From assembly GCA_963793865.1 (NCBI GenBank), contig CAWCBP010000001.1, positions 1,120,001 to 1,184,000 of the forward strand: a DNA stretch of 64,000 nucleotides, in the 5' to 3' direction. This DNA is from an uncultured delta proteobacterium (GTDB taxonomy: Bacteria > Desulfobacterota > WTBG01). The position numbers and the translations under genes are program-made. This document shows, in pieces, positions 20,724 through 31,465 of the stretch (positions are counted from its first letter, which is position 1; the number at the start of each line of letters is the position of its first letter). The notes beneath the pieces were generated by a model that searched no databases, was not told the origin of the DNA, and saw only the letters and a program-made list of their open reading frames with translations.

Positions 20724-21470
20724 TCACAGGGTACTCAGGATAAGGGGGCCGCTGCCGGTAATGGCAATGGTGTGCTCAAAGTGGGCTGACAGCTTTCCGT
20801 CCCCGGTCACGGCCGTCCACCCGTCAGGGAGAATTCTCATTTCATGGGTCCCTTCATTGACCATCGGCTCTATGGCCAGCACCATCCCTTCCCGCAGCCT
20901 GGGGTTGGGCACCGGAATGCCGTAGTTGGGTACCTGCGGCTCTTCGTGAAGGGACATCCCGATACCGTGACCCACAAAATCCTTCACCACTGAAAACCCA
21001 TGGCCCTCAACCCACGACTGGATAGCCTGGCATATGTCGGACAGCTGGTTGCCGACCAGCGCCTGTTCAATGCCGCGATACAGTGACTGTTCGGTGACTT
21101 CAAGCAGCTCCCGCGCCTTTTTGCCTATCTCGCCGACGGCAACCGTCAGCGCCGCATCGCCGTAAAACCCGTTCAGCTTGACCCCGAAATCAAGGCTGAC
21201 GATATCGCCCTCCTTCAGCCTTCTTCCGTCGGGGATGCCATGCACGATCTGTTCGTTCACGGAGGTGCATACGCTGGCGGGATATCCACGGTAGCCTTTA
21301 AAGGCCGGCTCTCCCCCGTAAACTTCCAGCAGTGCCTCGGCCCGGTCGTTCAGATCCAGGGTGGTTATGCCGGGACCGACCATTTCCCCGAGCTCCCTGA
21401 GGACCTGCGCCACTATCCTGTTGCAGCGCTGCATTTCAAGAATTTCATTTTCCGTCTTTAAGAATATCAT
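20724..21470 (-). CDS. map: Methionine aminopeptidase type I
   Basis: SVNEQIVHGIP, GHGIG..LHEEP, AIEPM, SAHFEHT. Confidence 0.96.
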   Translation of the reverse strand: MIFLKTENEILEMQRCNRIVAQVLRELGEMVGPGITTLDLNDRAEALLEVYGGEPAFKGYRGYPASVCTSVNEQIVHGIPDGRRLKEGDIVSLDFGVKLNGFYGDAALTVAVGEIGKKARELLEVTEQSLYRGIEQALVGNQLSDICQAIQSWVEGHGFSVVKDFVGHGIGMSLHEEPQVPNYGIPVPNPRLREGMVLAIEPMVNEGTHEMRILPDGWTAVTGDGKLSAHFEHTIAITGSGPLILSTL

Positions 21471-21502
21471 CTCTTCTCAGTGCCCGCCCCGGCTCAACCG
21501 TT

Positions 21503-22423
21503 TCACCGGGCCAGCTGATAAAATAGTTCACTTCCGTACGGTCGTGCCGTAACCCTGCCCTGCTCTACCAGATGTGCCAGATGCTTGCTGATCATCGCGG
21601 CGGGGATGCCTAAGGAGTCAACAATCTCCGGGAGGTTAAGGGGACGGCGGCGTATGACGCTGACGATCCGCTCCTCAATATCCGATTCAACGCCGCGCTG
21701 CGTTTCCCTGACACCGGCGATCACTTCGCAGTTCGCGCCCATCCGCTCCCGAATGCTTTCAAGCTCGAGTGCGGAAAGCTGCTTGATGCCGGTGTCCCAC
21801 GCCGGTCGCACGGGTGTATTGAGCTGCACCCGGTCGAAGGCGATCGGAGCAATGGCCTCTCGTATGCGCTCTATCTCTTCGGGGCTGTCATTGACCCCTT
21901 TGAGCAGCATGATTTCCAGCCAGAGCTGCCCGTCAAACTCCTTTCTGAACCGAGTCAGGCCCGCGAGCATGTGCGAAACGGTTATGCCCGGGTGCGGCTG
22001 ATTGACAACCCGGAAAATCTCCTCGCTGACTGCGTCAAGTGAGGGCACCACCAGATCGGCGGCGCGAAGCTCCTCCCGCACCGGCTCTCGGTGAAGCAGG
22101 GTTCCATTGGTGATCACCGCCACCGGAATGGAGGTAATCCCCTTGACGCGCCTGATAATGGCCCCCAGATGCGATGAGAGCGTGGGCTCACCGGAGCCGG
22201 ACATGGTTATGTAATCAATTTTCTCCTGCCCCTGCAGCACCTGACCGAGTTCATCGCAGATGGCATCCACATCACCAAATGGGGAGCGTTCAATCGTCTT
22301 AACCGTGGTCCTGCCCAGCTGGCAGTAAGGACAATCGAGGGTGCAGGTTTTATAGGGGACCAGGTCCACGCCCAGGGAAAATCCGAGCCTGCGTGACCTG
22401 ACCGGGCCGAAGATATGGTTCAT
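21503..22423 (-). CDS. Radical SAM protein
   Basis: IFGPVRSRRLGFSLG, CxxxCxxC (CTLDCPYC), GSGEPTL. Confidence 0.9.
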   Translation of the reverse strand: MNHIFGPVRSRRLGFSLGVDLVPYKTCTLDCPYCQLGRTTVKTIERSPFGDVDAICDELGQVLQGQEKIDYITMSGSGEPTLSSHLGAIIRRVKGITSIPVAVITNGTLLHREPVREELRAADLVVPSLDAVSEEIFRVVNQPHPGITVSHMLAGLTRFRKEFDGQLWLEIMLLKGVNDSPEEIERIREAIAPIAFDRVQLNTPVRPAWDTGIKQLSALELESIRERMGANCEVIAGVRETQRGVESDIEERIVSVIRRRPLNLPEIVDSLGIPAAMISKHLAHLVEQGRVTARPYGSELFYQLAR

Positions 22424-23853
22424 TGCCCGTGTAAATCCTCCGAAAGAAAAACCCGGTACGCCTTGCCGGTCATGTAGGCATCCGCCTTGCTGGATATTTC
22501 AAACGGGGAATGCATGCTCAACAGCGCCGTGCCGCAGTCAATGATCTCCATGCCGTAGCTGGCCAGGAACTTTGCCACCGTTCCACCTCCCCCCTCATCG
22601 ACCTTCCCCATTTCGCCGGCCTGCCAGACAACGCCATGCCGGTTGAAAAGCCTGCGGATCATCCCCACATACTCGGCATTGGCGTCGCTCGAGGAGTATT
22701 TGCCCCCGGAGCCGGTGAACTTGCTGATACAGACACCGTAGCCGAGCCTGGCGGCATTGCGCTTCTCATGCACTTCCTGGTAATCGGGATCAAGCGCGGC
22801 GTTCACGTCCGCGGAGATGGCATGTGAATTCATCAACGTTTCCCTGATGAGCTGCTCGTCCGCCGCCTCCCCCCTGCACCTGAAGAGCGAGGCAACCATT
22901 TCCTCGAGAAACCTGGACTTGGCGCCGGTGTTCCCCTCGCTGCCGATTTCCTCCTTGTCCAGGAAGAGCGCCAGGGCGGTGGTCCGGGGCCGTGAAAGGC
23001 GGCAGATGGCGGCAAGACTGCCGTAGGCGCAGATGCGATCATCCTGCCCGTAGGCGCCGATGAGGCTCATATCCCAGCCGATGTCCCGTGCCTTCCCTGC
23101 CGGAACCAGCTCAATCTCCGCGCTGATGAAGTCCTCCTCAACCAGCTTGTGGGTTTTATAGAGGTGGTTTAAGATCTGCAGCTTGACCCGCTCCTGGGCC
23201 TTCTTGTCCGGATAGGGAATGCTCCCGGCCAGGGCATTAAGTTTTTCCCCGACGATGGCCTCATTCAACTTCTTTTCATACTGCACTTTATGCGCCAGGT
23301 GCGGCAGAAGGTCCGCAACGGTAAACACCGGGTCCGTCTCGCTCTCTCCCACGGTGAGGTCAAGCTCGCTCCCATCCTGGCGGATTATTTTCCCATGCAT
23401 CGCCAGGGGGCGGCAAACCCATTGATATTTCTTGATGCCTCCATAATAGTGGGTCTTGCACATGGCCAGATCCACCTCTTCGTAAAGCGGGTTCTGCTTC
23501 AAATCCAGCCGCGGCGCGTCCACGTGGGAAACCAGTATCCTGATCCCCTCCCGCAGGGGCCGCTTACCCATCACGGCCATGCCGATGGCCTTGCGCTTGT
23601 TTACCTTGTAGCATTTTTCCTGCCCGGAACCGCCGTCAACCGACGTGAAGCCGCACTCCAGGGCCCGCCGCTCTATTTCACGCACCGCCTCCCGCTCCGT
23701 TTTTGCCCGGTTTAAGAAATCCTTGTAATCCTCGGCAAAGGCATGAACCTCTTTCCGCTCCCGGGGAGACAACGCGTCCCAGACCAGCCTGGGCTTGAAC
23801 ACAATCTTTTCGTTAAGACTTTTGCTTCCCTTCTTTCCCTTCCTCGCCGGCAT
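22420..23853 (-). CDS. M18 family aminopeptidase
   Basis: SHVDAPRLD, HYYGGIKKYQW, QDDR, DKEEIGS, SADV, SMHSP. Confidence 0.93.
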   Translation of the reverse strand: MPARKGKKGSKSLNEKIVFKPRLVWDALSPRERKEVHAFAEDYKDFLNRAKTEREAVREIERRALECGFTSVDGGSGQEKCYKVNKRKAIGMAVMGKRPLREGIRILVSHVDAPRLDLKQNPLYEEVDLAMCKTHYYGGIKKYQWVCRPLAMHGKIIRQDGSELDLTVGESETDPVFTVADLLPHLAHKVQYEKKLNEAIVGEKLNALAGSIPYPDKKAQERVKLQILNHLYKTHKLVEEDFISAEIELVPAGKARDIGWDMSLIGAYGQDDRICAYGSLAAICRLSRPRTTALALFLDKEEIGSEGNTGAKSRFLEEMVASLFRCRGEAADEQLIRETLMNSHAISADVNAALDPDYQEVHEKRNAARLGYGVCISKFTGSGGKYSSSDANAEYVGMIRRLFNRHGVVWQAGEMGKVDEGGGGTVAKFLASYGMEIIDCGTALLSMHSPFEISSKADAYMTGKAYRVFLSEDLHGQ

Positions 23854-23955
23854 AAATGTCCTTTACTGATGGCAAACGCAGAATATACAAATCCCACCGC
23901 CAGATTATTACAGGCACACATCTGAGAATTTTTCTCTCAGAAACATTGGCAACCG

Positions 23956-24005
23956 GTAGGAGCGGCTTTAAGCCGTGAATATATCGCGCATGAATGCGCT
24001 CCTAC
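23956..24005. repeat. GTAG-type REP doublet
   Basis: gtaggagcggctttaagccg...cgcgcatgaatgcgctcctac. Confidence 0.7.
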
Positions 24006-24138
24006 CTAATAGTACAATTTCATAATTTATGAAACGATAACAAACTTAACGTTGCAAAGTCAAATGCTTTCATCCGGTCATTAAGTCTGAAAGAGCTATT
24101 GTAAAGCCCGAAGTGCAAGGATGGTCATACGCGGAAGG

Positions 24139-25188
24139 TTAGAAGAGTTTTTTCTCGAAAAGCGGGGTTTCGATGCCCAGGTGCTGGTAGGCGCGCTCGG
24201 TGGCTTTCCTGCCTGCTGAGGTTCTGTTTAGAAAACCTATTTTCAAAAGAAACGGCTCCACCATGTCCACCAGCGTATCCGATTCCTCCTGCAGGGTGGC
24301 GGCGATGGCTTCCAGGCCGACCGGCCCGCCTTTGTAGAAATGAATGATGGTCTGCAAATATTTTCTGTCCAGACTCATTAAACCCTGCCCGTCAATCCCC
24401 TCAAGCTGAAGTGCCTCGTCAGTTACCTCCCTGGTAATAAGCCCCTCTGCCCTCACCTGGGCGAAATCCCGCACCCGTCTCAAAATCCGGTTGGCAATGC
24501 GTGGTGTTCCCCGGGAGCGGCGGGCTATCTCCATGGCGCCGCCCTCATCAACCGGCACCTGCAGAATCGAGGCGGAGCGCTTCACCACCCTGCAGAGCTC
24601 TTCAACCTGGTAAAATTCCATTTCCCTCAAAATGCCGAAGCGCTCGCGCAGCGGTGCCGAGAGCAAACCCGCCCTGGTTGTGGCGCCGACCAGGGTAAAG
24701 TGCTCCAGCCGGGAGCGATAACTGCGCGCGTTCATGCCCCGGTCAAAAATGACGTCAACCGCGAAGTCCTCCATTGCCGGATAGAGAAATTCCTCCACAA
24801 TCTTGGGCAGCCGGTGCATTTCATCAATAAAGAGCACATCGCCTTTTTCGAGATGGGTGAGGATGCTGATGAGGTCACCGCCTTTTTCAAGGGCAGGCCC
24901 CGAGGTATGGACAATCCTCACCCCCATCTCGGCCGCGATAATATGGGCGAGGGTCGTTTTCCCCAGGCCCGGCGGTCCATGGAAAAGGACGTGATCGAGC
25001 GGTTCGTTTCTTTTTTTTGCCGCCTTCAGGGCAATGGAAAGCGAATCGACCACCTGGGTCTGACCGATGTACTCCGAGAGGGTTTTGGGCCGCAGGTTAC
25101 AGAATGCCCCCGAATCCCCGTCCAAGCCTTCTGCATCTGTTTCCTCTCGCTTACACAGATCAGAGATATCAAACCCGTCTGCAACCAT
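24139..25188 (-). CDS. ruvB: Holliday junction branch migration helicase RuvB
   Basis: [38 protein letters not shown]. Confidence 0.97.
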   Translation of the reverse strand: MVADGFDISDLCKREETDAEGLDGDSGAFCNLRPKTLSEYIGQTQVVDSLSIALKAAKKRNEPLDHVLFHGPPGLGKTTLAHIIAAEMGVRIVHTSGPALEKGGDLISILTHLEKGDVLFIDEMHRLPKIVEEFLYPAMEDFAVDVIFDRGMNARSYRSRLEHFTLVGATTRAGLLSAPLRERFGILREMEFYQVEELCRVVKRSASILQVPVDEGGAMEIARRSRGTPRIANRILRRVRDFAQVRAEGLITREVTDEALQLEGIDGQGLMSLDRKYLQTIIHFYKGGPVGLEAIAATLQEESDTLVDMVEPFLLKIGFLNRTSAGRKATERAYQHLGIETPLFEKKLF

Positions 25189-25199
25189 GCAATCTCTCC

Positions 25200-25826
25200 T
25201 TACTTTCTCTGGCCCCGGTACACCTCTTCAAACAGCTCCTCGGGTGAGGTGATCGCCGGGTTCTGGGCCATGGCTTCACTCACCATGCGGGCCGCCTCGC
25301 TCCTGGTATGCCCCAGCTGCTTCACCAGCACATCCTCCACCTGGCGCCGCAGGTCTTCAGGCTCAACCGGCGGCACAGGCATTTGTTCATCCCGCACCAG
25401 GGCGAACTTGCCCACCTTGCCCTGCAGCGTGGCCACAATTTTATCCGCCGTCCGCTTGCCTATTCCTTTCAAGCGCTGCAGGGTTGAAGTGTCCTTCTCC
25501 TCTATGGCCATGGCTATGGTGCTGACCGGCATGGTCAGCGCCTTGACCGCGGCGGTGGGACCGATGGCCTCCACCTTGATAAACTTTTCAAAAAATTCCT
25601 TTTCCACCTCCGTGTTGAAACCAACCAGCACCGGCTTGGGCTGATGCTCGCTCTGGTGATAAAAGATATGGAGCTTGACGCGGTCCCCGTCTTCGCCGGA
25701 CCTCTTGCCGGCAAGTGCCTGGCTCACAATGGAAGGCAGGAGCACTTCGTACCCGACGCCCTGGGTGAGAACAACCACCTTATCACCTTCTTTCTTGAAC
25801 AGAATGCCTTCCAGGAAGCTGATCAT
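25200..25826 (-). CDS. ruvA: Holliday junction DNA-binding protein RuvA
   Basis: MISFLEG, GVGYEV, HhH motifs IGP and KGIGKRTA; ruvCAB synteny. Confidence 0.92.
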   Translation of the reverse strand: MISFLEGILFKKEGDKVVVLTQGVGYEVLLPSIVSQALAGKRSGEDGDRVKLHIFYHQSEHQPKPVLVGFNTEVEKEFFEKFIKVEAIGPTAAVKALTMPVSTIAMAIEEKDTSTLQRLKGIGKRTADKIVATLQGKVGKFALVRDEQMPVPPVEPEDLRRQVEDVLVKQLGHTRSEAARMVSEAMAQNPAITSPEELFEEVYRGQRK

Positions 25827-25957
25827 ATCACCGGATCACTTTCATTAAAACTCGGCAGAAGCACTTTCCTGCGCGATTCATTCGCGGCCCAAACCCGCTC
25901 CTGCCTGCCGTGCATTTCTGCACTATAGGTTTCCCGTCTTGCACATGTAAAAATCCA

Positions 25958-26461
25958 TCACCACCGGAACAAGCCGCTGCGTGAAAGGCCGGTAACTGCC
26001 AGGGCCATGGCATCAGAGACGTGGTCGGAGATTTTGGCATCATCGAAATTGAGAATCCGCCTGGTCATGCTTCCCACCTGCTCCTTGCCGGCCCTGCCGC
26101 TGCCGGTAAGGGCGCTCTTCACTTCCGTCGGCTTGATCTCAAAAACCTTAACCCCCTTAAGCTCTGCGGCAAGCAGAACCACCCCGCGCACAGCCCCCAG
26201 CTGAATCGCGGCCTTGGGAAACTTTTTATACACGTAGACATCCTCAACCACCATAAGGCGGGGATGCCAGCGCGACAGAATGTCCGAGAGATTGAGATAG
26301 ATGCTGCTCAGTCGTTCCGGCAGGGAGCGGCCGGGAGGTGTGGTGATAGTGCCCCACTGGCAGACCCTTCCGCGTTTCTCCAGGGGTTGGATGACGGCAA
26401 AACCGGTGCTGGCAAGACCCGGGTCTATCCCGATTGCTGTGACCGGCACCGTCATGGGCAC
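25958..26461 (-). CDS. ruvC: Holliday junction resolvase RuvC
   Basis: GIDPG, VVED, EVKSALTGSGRAGKEQV, DHVSDAMA. Confidence 0.95.
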   Translation of the reverse strand: MPMTVPVTAIGIDPGLASTGFAVIQPLEKRGRVCQWGTITTPPGRSLPERLSSIYLNLSDILSRWHPRLMVVEDVYVYKKFPKAAIQLGAVRGVVLLAAELKGVKVFEIKPTEVKSALTGSGRAGKEQVGSMTRRILNFDDAKISDHVSDAMALAVTGLSRSGLFRW

Positions 26462-26509
26462 TATCTCGCTGAAACAGAGGGCTTGATTAAGGTGTGGAAA
26501 GGCATCTGA

Positions 26510-27259
26510 TCAGGTGCTGATCTTCTCCAGGATTTCATCAGGTATATCAAAATTGGCATGAACATTCTGCACATCATCCAGGTCTTCAAGCGTCTCGACC
26601 AGCTTCAGGGTCTGCTCCGCCTCTTTTTCACCCAGCTTGACCGTATTCTGTGGGATCATGGTAATCTTGGCCAGGCTATAGGTAAGCCCCTCTTTATCAA
26701 GCGCCTCTTTCACCTTCTCAAAATCCTTGGGGTCGGTAAGAACCTCAACCGTTGATTCCTCGTCATTTATGTCCTGGGCGCCGGCATCAAGGGCGACTTC
26801 CATCAGTTTTTCCTCATCCACTTTTCCTTTTTCAAACGAGAAAAGGCCCTTTTTGTCGAACATCCAGGCGACACAGCCCGTTGAGCCGATGTTGCCGTTA
26901 CACCTGGTGAAAGCGTGCCGCACTTCCGCCATGGTCCGGTTCTTGTTGTCGGTCAATATATCCACCAGGATGGCAACGCCGCTCGGCCCGTACCCTTCAC
27001 ACAGCGTTTCTTCATAGTTGGCGCCCTCAAGCTCCCCGGTGCCCTTCTTGATTGCCCGGGTGATGTTATCCTTGGGCATGTTTTCAGCCTTCGCGGCCAG
27101 GATGGCATTGCGCAGACGGGCATTACCGACAGTATCCCCGCCTCCTTCTTTCGCGGCAACCATGATTTCCCTGATCAGCTTGGTAAAAATCTTGCCGCGC
27201 TTGGCATCAGCCGCCCCTTTTTTATGCTTAATGCTGCTCCACTTGGAATGTCCTGACAT
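26510..27259 (-). CDS. yebC: YebC/PmpR family protein
   Basis: [35 protein letters not shown]. Confidence 0.96.
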   Translation of the reverse strand: MSGHSKWSSIKHKKGAADAKRGKIFTKLIREIMVAAKEGGGDTVGNARLRNAILAAKAENMPKDNITRAIKKGTGELEGANYEETLCEGYGPSGVAILVDILTDNKNRTMAEVRHAFTRCNGNIGSTGCVAWMFDKKGLFSFEKGKVDEEKLMEVALDAGAQDINDEESTVEVLTDPKDFEKVKEALDKEGLTYSLAKITMIPQNTVKLGEKEAEQTLKLVETLEDLDDVQNVHANFDIPDEILEKIST

Positions 27260-27641
27260 AGGCCATACTCCCTTGAGGTGATACAATTGATCTCACGTGT
27301 CTGTCCGGTTTTTTAAAATATCACAACCATGCTATTTTTGCAAAATGAAAAATTAATGGTTTTATACCGCTGCCGGGGAATAAGCAAAGTGCCGAATCGC
27401 ACGCAACCCATCAATCAACATTCTTTTTTATTGAAGCAGGTCACAGCATTCTGCCCAAATGGTTTGACTTGTTCAACCATCGAACAGACAAGATATTCTT
27501 TTGTTGTATCACATGCTTTCGTCTGACTGCCCAACGCGGGTGTCCACATATTTCCCCATTCCGCCTGCGCGAGCACATTGAATTTCCGCCGGCCGATGAT
27601 ATGTATCGGCTTTCCCCTCATCAATACACATCATGGCCGGA

Positions 27642-27657
27642 TGGCACTAATGTTGCT
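27642..27657 (+). promoter_or_regulatory. Sigma54 (-24/-12) promoter upstream of comEA
   Basis: TGGCAC-TAATG-TTGCT matches the TGGCAC-N5-TTGCW consensus, about 110 nt before the start codon. Confidence 0.7.
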
Positions 27658-27768
27658 CTTGTATTGAAGGCGACGATGCAGCAGCAGTTCCAATCCCCTT
27701 TTGTGATCATGGCCATGATCGTATATCAACCGTCACCGTTTAAACAAAACTACTGCAAGGAGGTACCA

Positions 27769-28101
27769 ATGAAAAAGAACATGGTATGGCTGCTTCTTTC
27801 CCTGATAACAGCATTTTCATTCCTTGTCCTCACCAGTCCGGCCATAGCCGCAGATGCACCTCAAGCACAGCCGGCCGGAACACTCAACGCTGATGCGACG
27901 ACCGGTACAAAAGTTAATATTAACAGCGCCGATGTTGAAACCCTCTGCACGCTCAAGGGCATAGGACCTGCCCTCGCTCTCAGGATAAAGGAATTCAGGG
28001 AGCAGCACGGGCCCTTCAAGACCCCGGAGGACGTAACCCAGGTGCGGGGCGTGGGCAACACCATCCTCGAGTGGAACAAGAACATGATTGACGTAAAATA
28101 A
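27769..28101 (+). CDS. comEA: ComEA family helix-hairpin-helix DNA-binding protein
   Basis: Signal peptide, KVNINSA, LKGIGP, GPF, VRGVG; AAGGAGG RBS. Confidence 0.92.
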   Translation: MKKNMVWLLLSLITAFSFLVLTSPAIAADAPQAQPAGTLNADATTGTKVNINSADVETLCTLKGIGPALALRIKEFREQHGPFKTPEDVTQVRGVGNTILEWNKNMIDVK

Positions 28102-28136
28102 CGGACGATCCTGCTTGAAACGCATCTTGTGTGATT

Positions 28137-28164
28137 GTAGGGGCGTATTGCCATACGCCCCTAC
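28137..28164. repeat. GTAG-type REP palindrome
   Basis: GTAGGGGCGTATTGCCATACGCCCCTAC. Confidence 0.8.
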
Positions 28165-28295
28165 TTCTCATGACAGGATGCCGTTACCATGTCATTCTGA
28201 TCGCACACGAAGGTCCCGGCATGACATGCGAAGGGATGAGGGTGCAACATGGGACAGATATTTACCCCGATGTTAATCTGTGTTATACATGAAGC

Positions 28296-29387
28296 ATGCA
28301 AGGCAAAAAAGATCAGCGGCAACCGGGGCAGTTAATGGCTGCGGGGACGGAAGGGAAGACGGATCTCAAGAACTATACCCTGCCGGAACTCGAGGAGTGG
28401 ATTGTTTCCCTGGGTGAGAAGCCCTACCGCGCTCGCCAGATCATGCGGTGGATGTATGAAGAGCGCGCCGCTTCCTTTGAAGTGATGACTGATCTTCCCC
28501 GGACACTGCGGGACCGGCTTTCCGACGCCGCCTACCTCAGCCATTTCTCGGTTAAAACGGTCTCACGCTCGGCCGACGGCACCGACAAATTTCTGTTCCT
28601 GATGGAAGACGGCAACTGTATTGAGACCGTTCTAATACCTGAAAAGCGCCATCACACCATCTGCGTGTCAACCCAGTTAGGGTGCGCCATGGGCTGCGCT
28701 TTCTGCCTGTCGGGAAAAAAGGGGTTGCTGCGCAATCTTTCTGTTGCGGAAATCCTCAATCAGATATTGATTATTCAGAAAGATTACCTTCCTCAAGCGC
28801 CGGTGATTAATCTGGTTTTTATGGGCATGGGAGAGCCCCTCGCCAATTACGACTGCCTTCTCAAGGCGTTGCGCATCCTGACCGATCCTGCCGGAGGTAA
28901 CATTTCCCACCGCCGGATTACCGTTTCCACGGCAGGGCTGGTTCCCCAGCTGGAACGGCTGAGCCGTGATCTTCCCGTCAACCTGGCCATTTCACTCAAC
29001 GCGGCAAGCGACGCTCTTCGTACCAGGCTCATGCCGGTTAACAAGACCTATCCCCTCTCCGAACTGGTGGCCGCGGCATCCGGGCTTCCGCTCCCTGCAC
29101 GAAAACGAATTACCTTTGAATACATCTTAATGAAAGGCATTAACGACTCGCTCGACGACGCGCGGCATCTTGCCTCGCTTCTAAAGCGCGTTCCGTGCAA
29201 GATCAATCTGATCCCTTTTAATGAACATGAGGGGGCCTCGTTCAGAAGACCGCACGATGTTGCCATAGAACAATTCCAGCGACACCTCATCGCAAAAAAC
29301 TTCACCGTCATGCTGAGGCGCAGCAAAGGCAGGGACGTGGCAGCCGCCTGCGGCCAGCTGGGTTTTACGCACCTGCAAAACGACTGA
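28296..29387 (+). CDS. rlmN: 23S rRNA/tRNA adenine C2-methyltransferase RlmN
   Basis: CVSTQLGCAMGCAFC, MGMGEPL, NLIPFN, AACGQL. Confidence 0.96.
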   Translation: MQGKKDQRQPGQLMAAGTEGKTDLKNYTLPELEEWIVSLGEKPYRARQIMRWMYEERAASFEVMTDLPRTLRDRLSDAAYLSHFSVKTVSRSADGTDKFLFLMEDGNCIETVLIPEKRHHTICVSTQLGCAMGCAFCLSGKKGLLRNLSVAEILNQILIIQKDYLPQAPVINLVFMGMGEPLANYDCLLKALRILTDPAGGNISHRRITVSTAGLVPQLERLSRDLPVNLAISLNAASDALRTRLMPVNKTYPLSELVAAASGLPLPARKRITFEYILMKGINDSLDDARHLASLLKRVPCKINLIPFNEHEGASFRRPHDVAIEQFQRHLIAKNFTVMLRRSKGRDVAAACGQLGFTHLQND

Positions 29388-29471
29388 GAAATCTTATTCT
29401 CTTTTCCTAATAAACCCCCATGCCCCTTTGCTGCACCACGAAGTATGAAAATTGGTTCCAGTACTTTGTTT

Positions 29472-29557
29472 CCCCCTCACCTCAATCCTCTCCCCCAGGG
29501 GAGAGGAGGTTAAAAAAGTTCCCTCTACCCTTTGGGGAGAGGGTTAGGGTGAGGGGG
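29472..29557. repeat. Palindromic CCCCTCACC...GGTGAGGGG miniature repeat element
   Basis: ccccctcacc..cctctccccc.ggggagagg ... ccctct.ccc...ggggagaggg ttagggtgaggggg, with nested inverted repeats. Confidence 0.7.
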
Positions 29558-29601
29558 CATGCTCAATCTTCTTTTGAATCACAAGCAGGGATGGTTACGG
29601 T

Positions 29602-30534
29602 CTAACGGTAATCGGAGGGATGAAAGGCATCGGGCGGCGGATCGTATGGTTCCTCGGCACCCGCCTGCCTGCGCGCCTCCCGCACTTCCTCAATGGAAAG
29701 TTTGCGCGGAATGACCAGCCGCTGGCCGACGAAGAGAATCCGGGGATCACGTATCTGGTCCCTGTTCGCCTTGTAGATGATAGGCCATTGATATAAATCA
29801 TTATAGATTTCTTTTCGGGCAGCGATAATTTGCAGCTTATCGCCGTTTTTGACGGTGTAGGACGAAGGATACCTTTTTTCCAGGGCACGGGCGGTAATGG
29901 CGTCCGCCTCCCTCTTGGCGTCGGCTATTATATTCGCGGCCTCGAGCTGGGCATTCTCCAGCAGTCTTTGCGCCTGACGTGATATCTTTTCCATCTCAGC
30001 CGGGTTGGCCCCGGTTTTCTGTTCCTGCTGCTTCTTCTCTTCCATCAGCCTGGGCAGTTCCTGCGACAGTTGAAGCGAGAGCTCCGCGTTTTCCCGGGCC
30101 AGCGCGTAGTTCTGGGACTTAAAGTCGGACTGAGCCTGATCCAGCGATTTTTCAGCTATGGCGCAGACATCGGTAATGTATTTTTTTAATTGCCCGAGGT
30201 CTGATCCATACAGCTGGTCCTGAGCCTGCTTAATAGCCCTGGCCGCCTTTGCCTTGTTCAGGGCGGCATCGGCATCCCGCTTCGCGCTGTCGAGCAGCGC
30301 CTGCGCCTTCTTATAGCGATGCCTGTCCCTTTCCATTTTGCTCAGGTGGAGGCTCTCCTGGGCACGGGCATATTCATCCGGCGCGTAAACGGGGGCCTCG
30401 GCATCAAGGGCCCCCTGAAGCATGGACTCCGTCTCTTTTATGTCTTCGGGCGGGATGTGGGCGGCACACGCGGCAAACAGCAGCCACACAATGCACGGCA
30501 TTACCGTTCTGCGCCGACTGTTAGCGACTTTCAT
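29602..30534 (-). CDS. LysM peptidoglycan-binding protein with N-terminal helical (DUF4398-like) region, probable lipoprotein
   Basis: YTVKNGD.L..IA...IY.D..QWPIIYKANRDQI.DP..L..GQ.L.IP; FAAC lipobox-like; start uncertain. Confidence 0.82.
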   Translation of the reverse strand: MKVANSRRRTVMPCIVWLLFAACAAHIPPEDIKETESMLQGALDAEAPVYAPDEYARAQESLHLSKMERDRHRYKKAQALLDSAKRDADAALNKAKAARAIKQAQDQLYGSDLGQLKKYITDVCAIAEKSLDQAQSDFKSQNYALARENAELSLQLSQELPRLMEEKKQQEQKTGANPAEMEKISRQAQRLLENAQLEAANIIADAKREADAITARALEKRYPSSYTVKNGDKLQIIAARKEIYNDLYQWPIIYKANRDQIRDPRILFVGQRLVIPRKLSIEEVREARRQAGAEEPYDPPPDAFHPSDYR

Positions 30535-30748
30535 CACCCTTACTCTTCTGTCCCTGCATGATGTTAGCACATTCTTCATACAATGATTATCATGATTACC
30601 CCTTCGGTTGTCAATACAATTGTAGAAAAGCGGCTGATCCTGTCCAGCGGGGTCAATTTGCTTTCCTGCAGGGCTGTGCCGTGATATAGTGCCTGTAAAG
30701 CCGCCGCATGTTCTTTGGATGCACACATTTTAGCCGGAGCAAGGCATC

Positions 30749-31357
30749 GTGGAGCACAATCATCGTCGAGAGAAATTTCCTGTGGCAGGGGTAATCCTGG
30801 CCGGAGGGAAAAATATCAGAATGGGGGTCAACAAGGCCTTTATCAAGGTTGACGGCCGGAGGATTGTTGACAGAACGGCCGCATTGTTCAACGCCATGTT
30901 CCGCCAGGTGATTCTGGTCACCAACACCCCCCTTGAGTACACACTGCTGGACCTTGAAATTGCCGTCGACCTGATACCCGCAAACAGCCCTCTTGTGGGG
31001 ATTTACACGGGTCTTCGCTATTCCTCCCATCCTCACGCCTTTGTTGCCGGCTGTGACATGCCCTTCATCAGCAGGCCGGTGCTTGAGTACATGCTCTCTC
31101 TCTGCTCTCATCACGATGTGATTATTCCGTTGCTGGACGACGGATACCACCCGCTTCATGCCATCTATTCCAACCGCTGCATTAAGCCCGCGGAAGAGCT
31201 TATCCGCTCCGGGAGATTTAAAATTACCGAACTCTTTTCCCGCGTCAGGGTGCGTGAGATAACTGCCGGAGAGCTGAGGCCGCTGGACACGCAACTCCGC
31301 TCATTTCTCAATCTTAACACTCCGGAAGATCTCCGGCAGCTGGCGGAGAAACCGTAA
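30749..31357 (+). CDS. mobA: Molybdenum cofactor guanylyltransferase
   Basis: ILAGG...RMG.NKA, GCDMPF, PLHAIY, FLNLNTPED. Confidence 0.92.
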   Translation: MEHNHRREKFPVAGVILAGGKNIRMGVNKAFIKVDGRRIVDRTAALFNAMFRQVILVTNTPLEYTLLDLEIAVDLIPANSPLVGIYTGLRYSSHPHAFVAGCDMPFISRPVLEYMLSLCSHHDVIIPLLDDGYHPLHAIYSNRCIKPAEELIRSGRFKITELFSRVRVREITAGELRPLDTQLRSFLNLNTPEDLRQLAEKP

Positions 31358-31465
31358 TCATCCCGCTTTATTGTACCGGGATGATACCTCACTGCGCGTG
31401 GCTGTCTTGACACGCGCCATAAAACAGGATATTTTAGTGCGCGTCCATAAACCGCTGAGGTGCTT

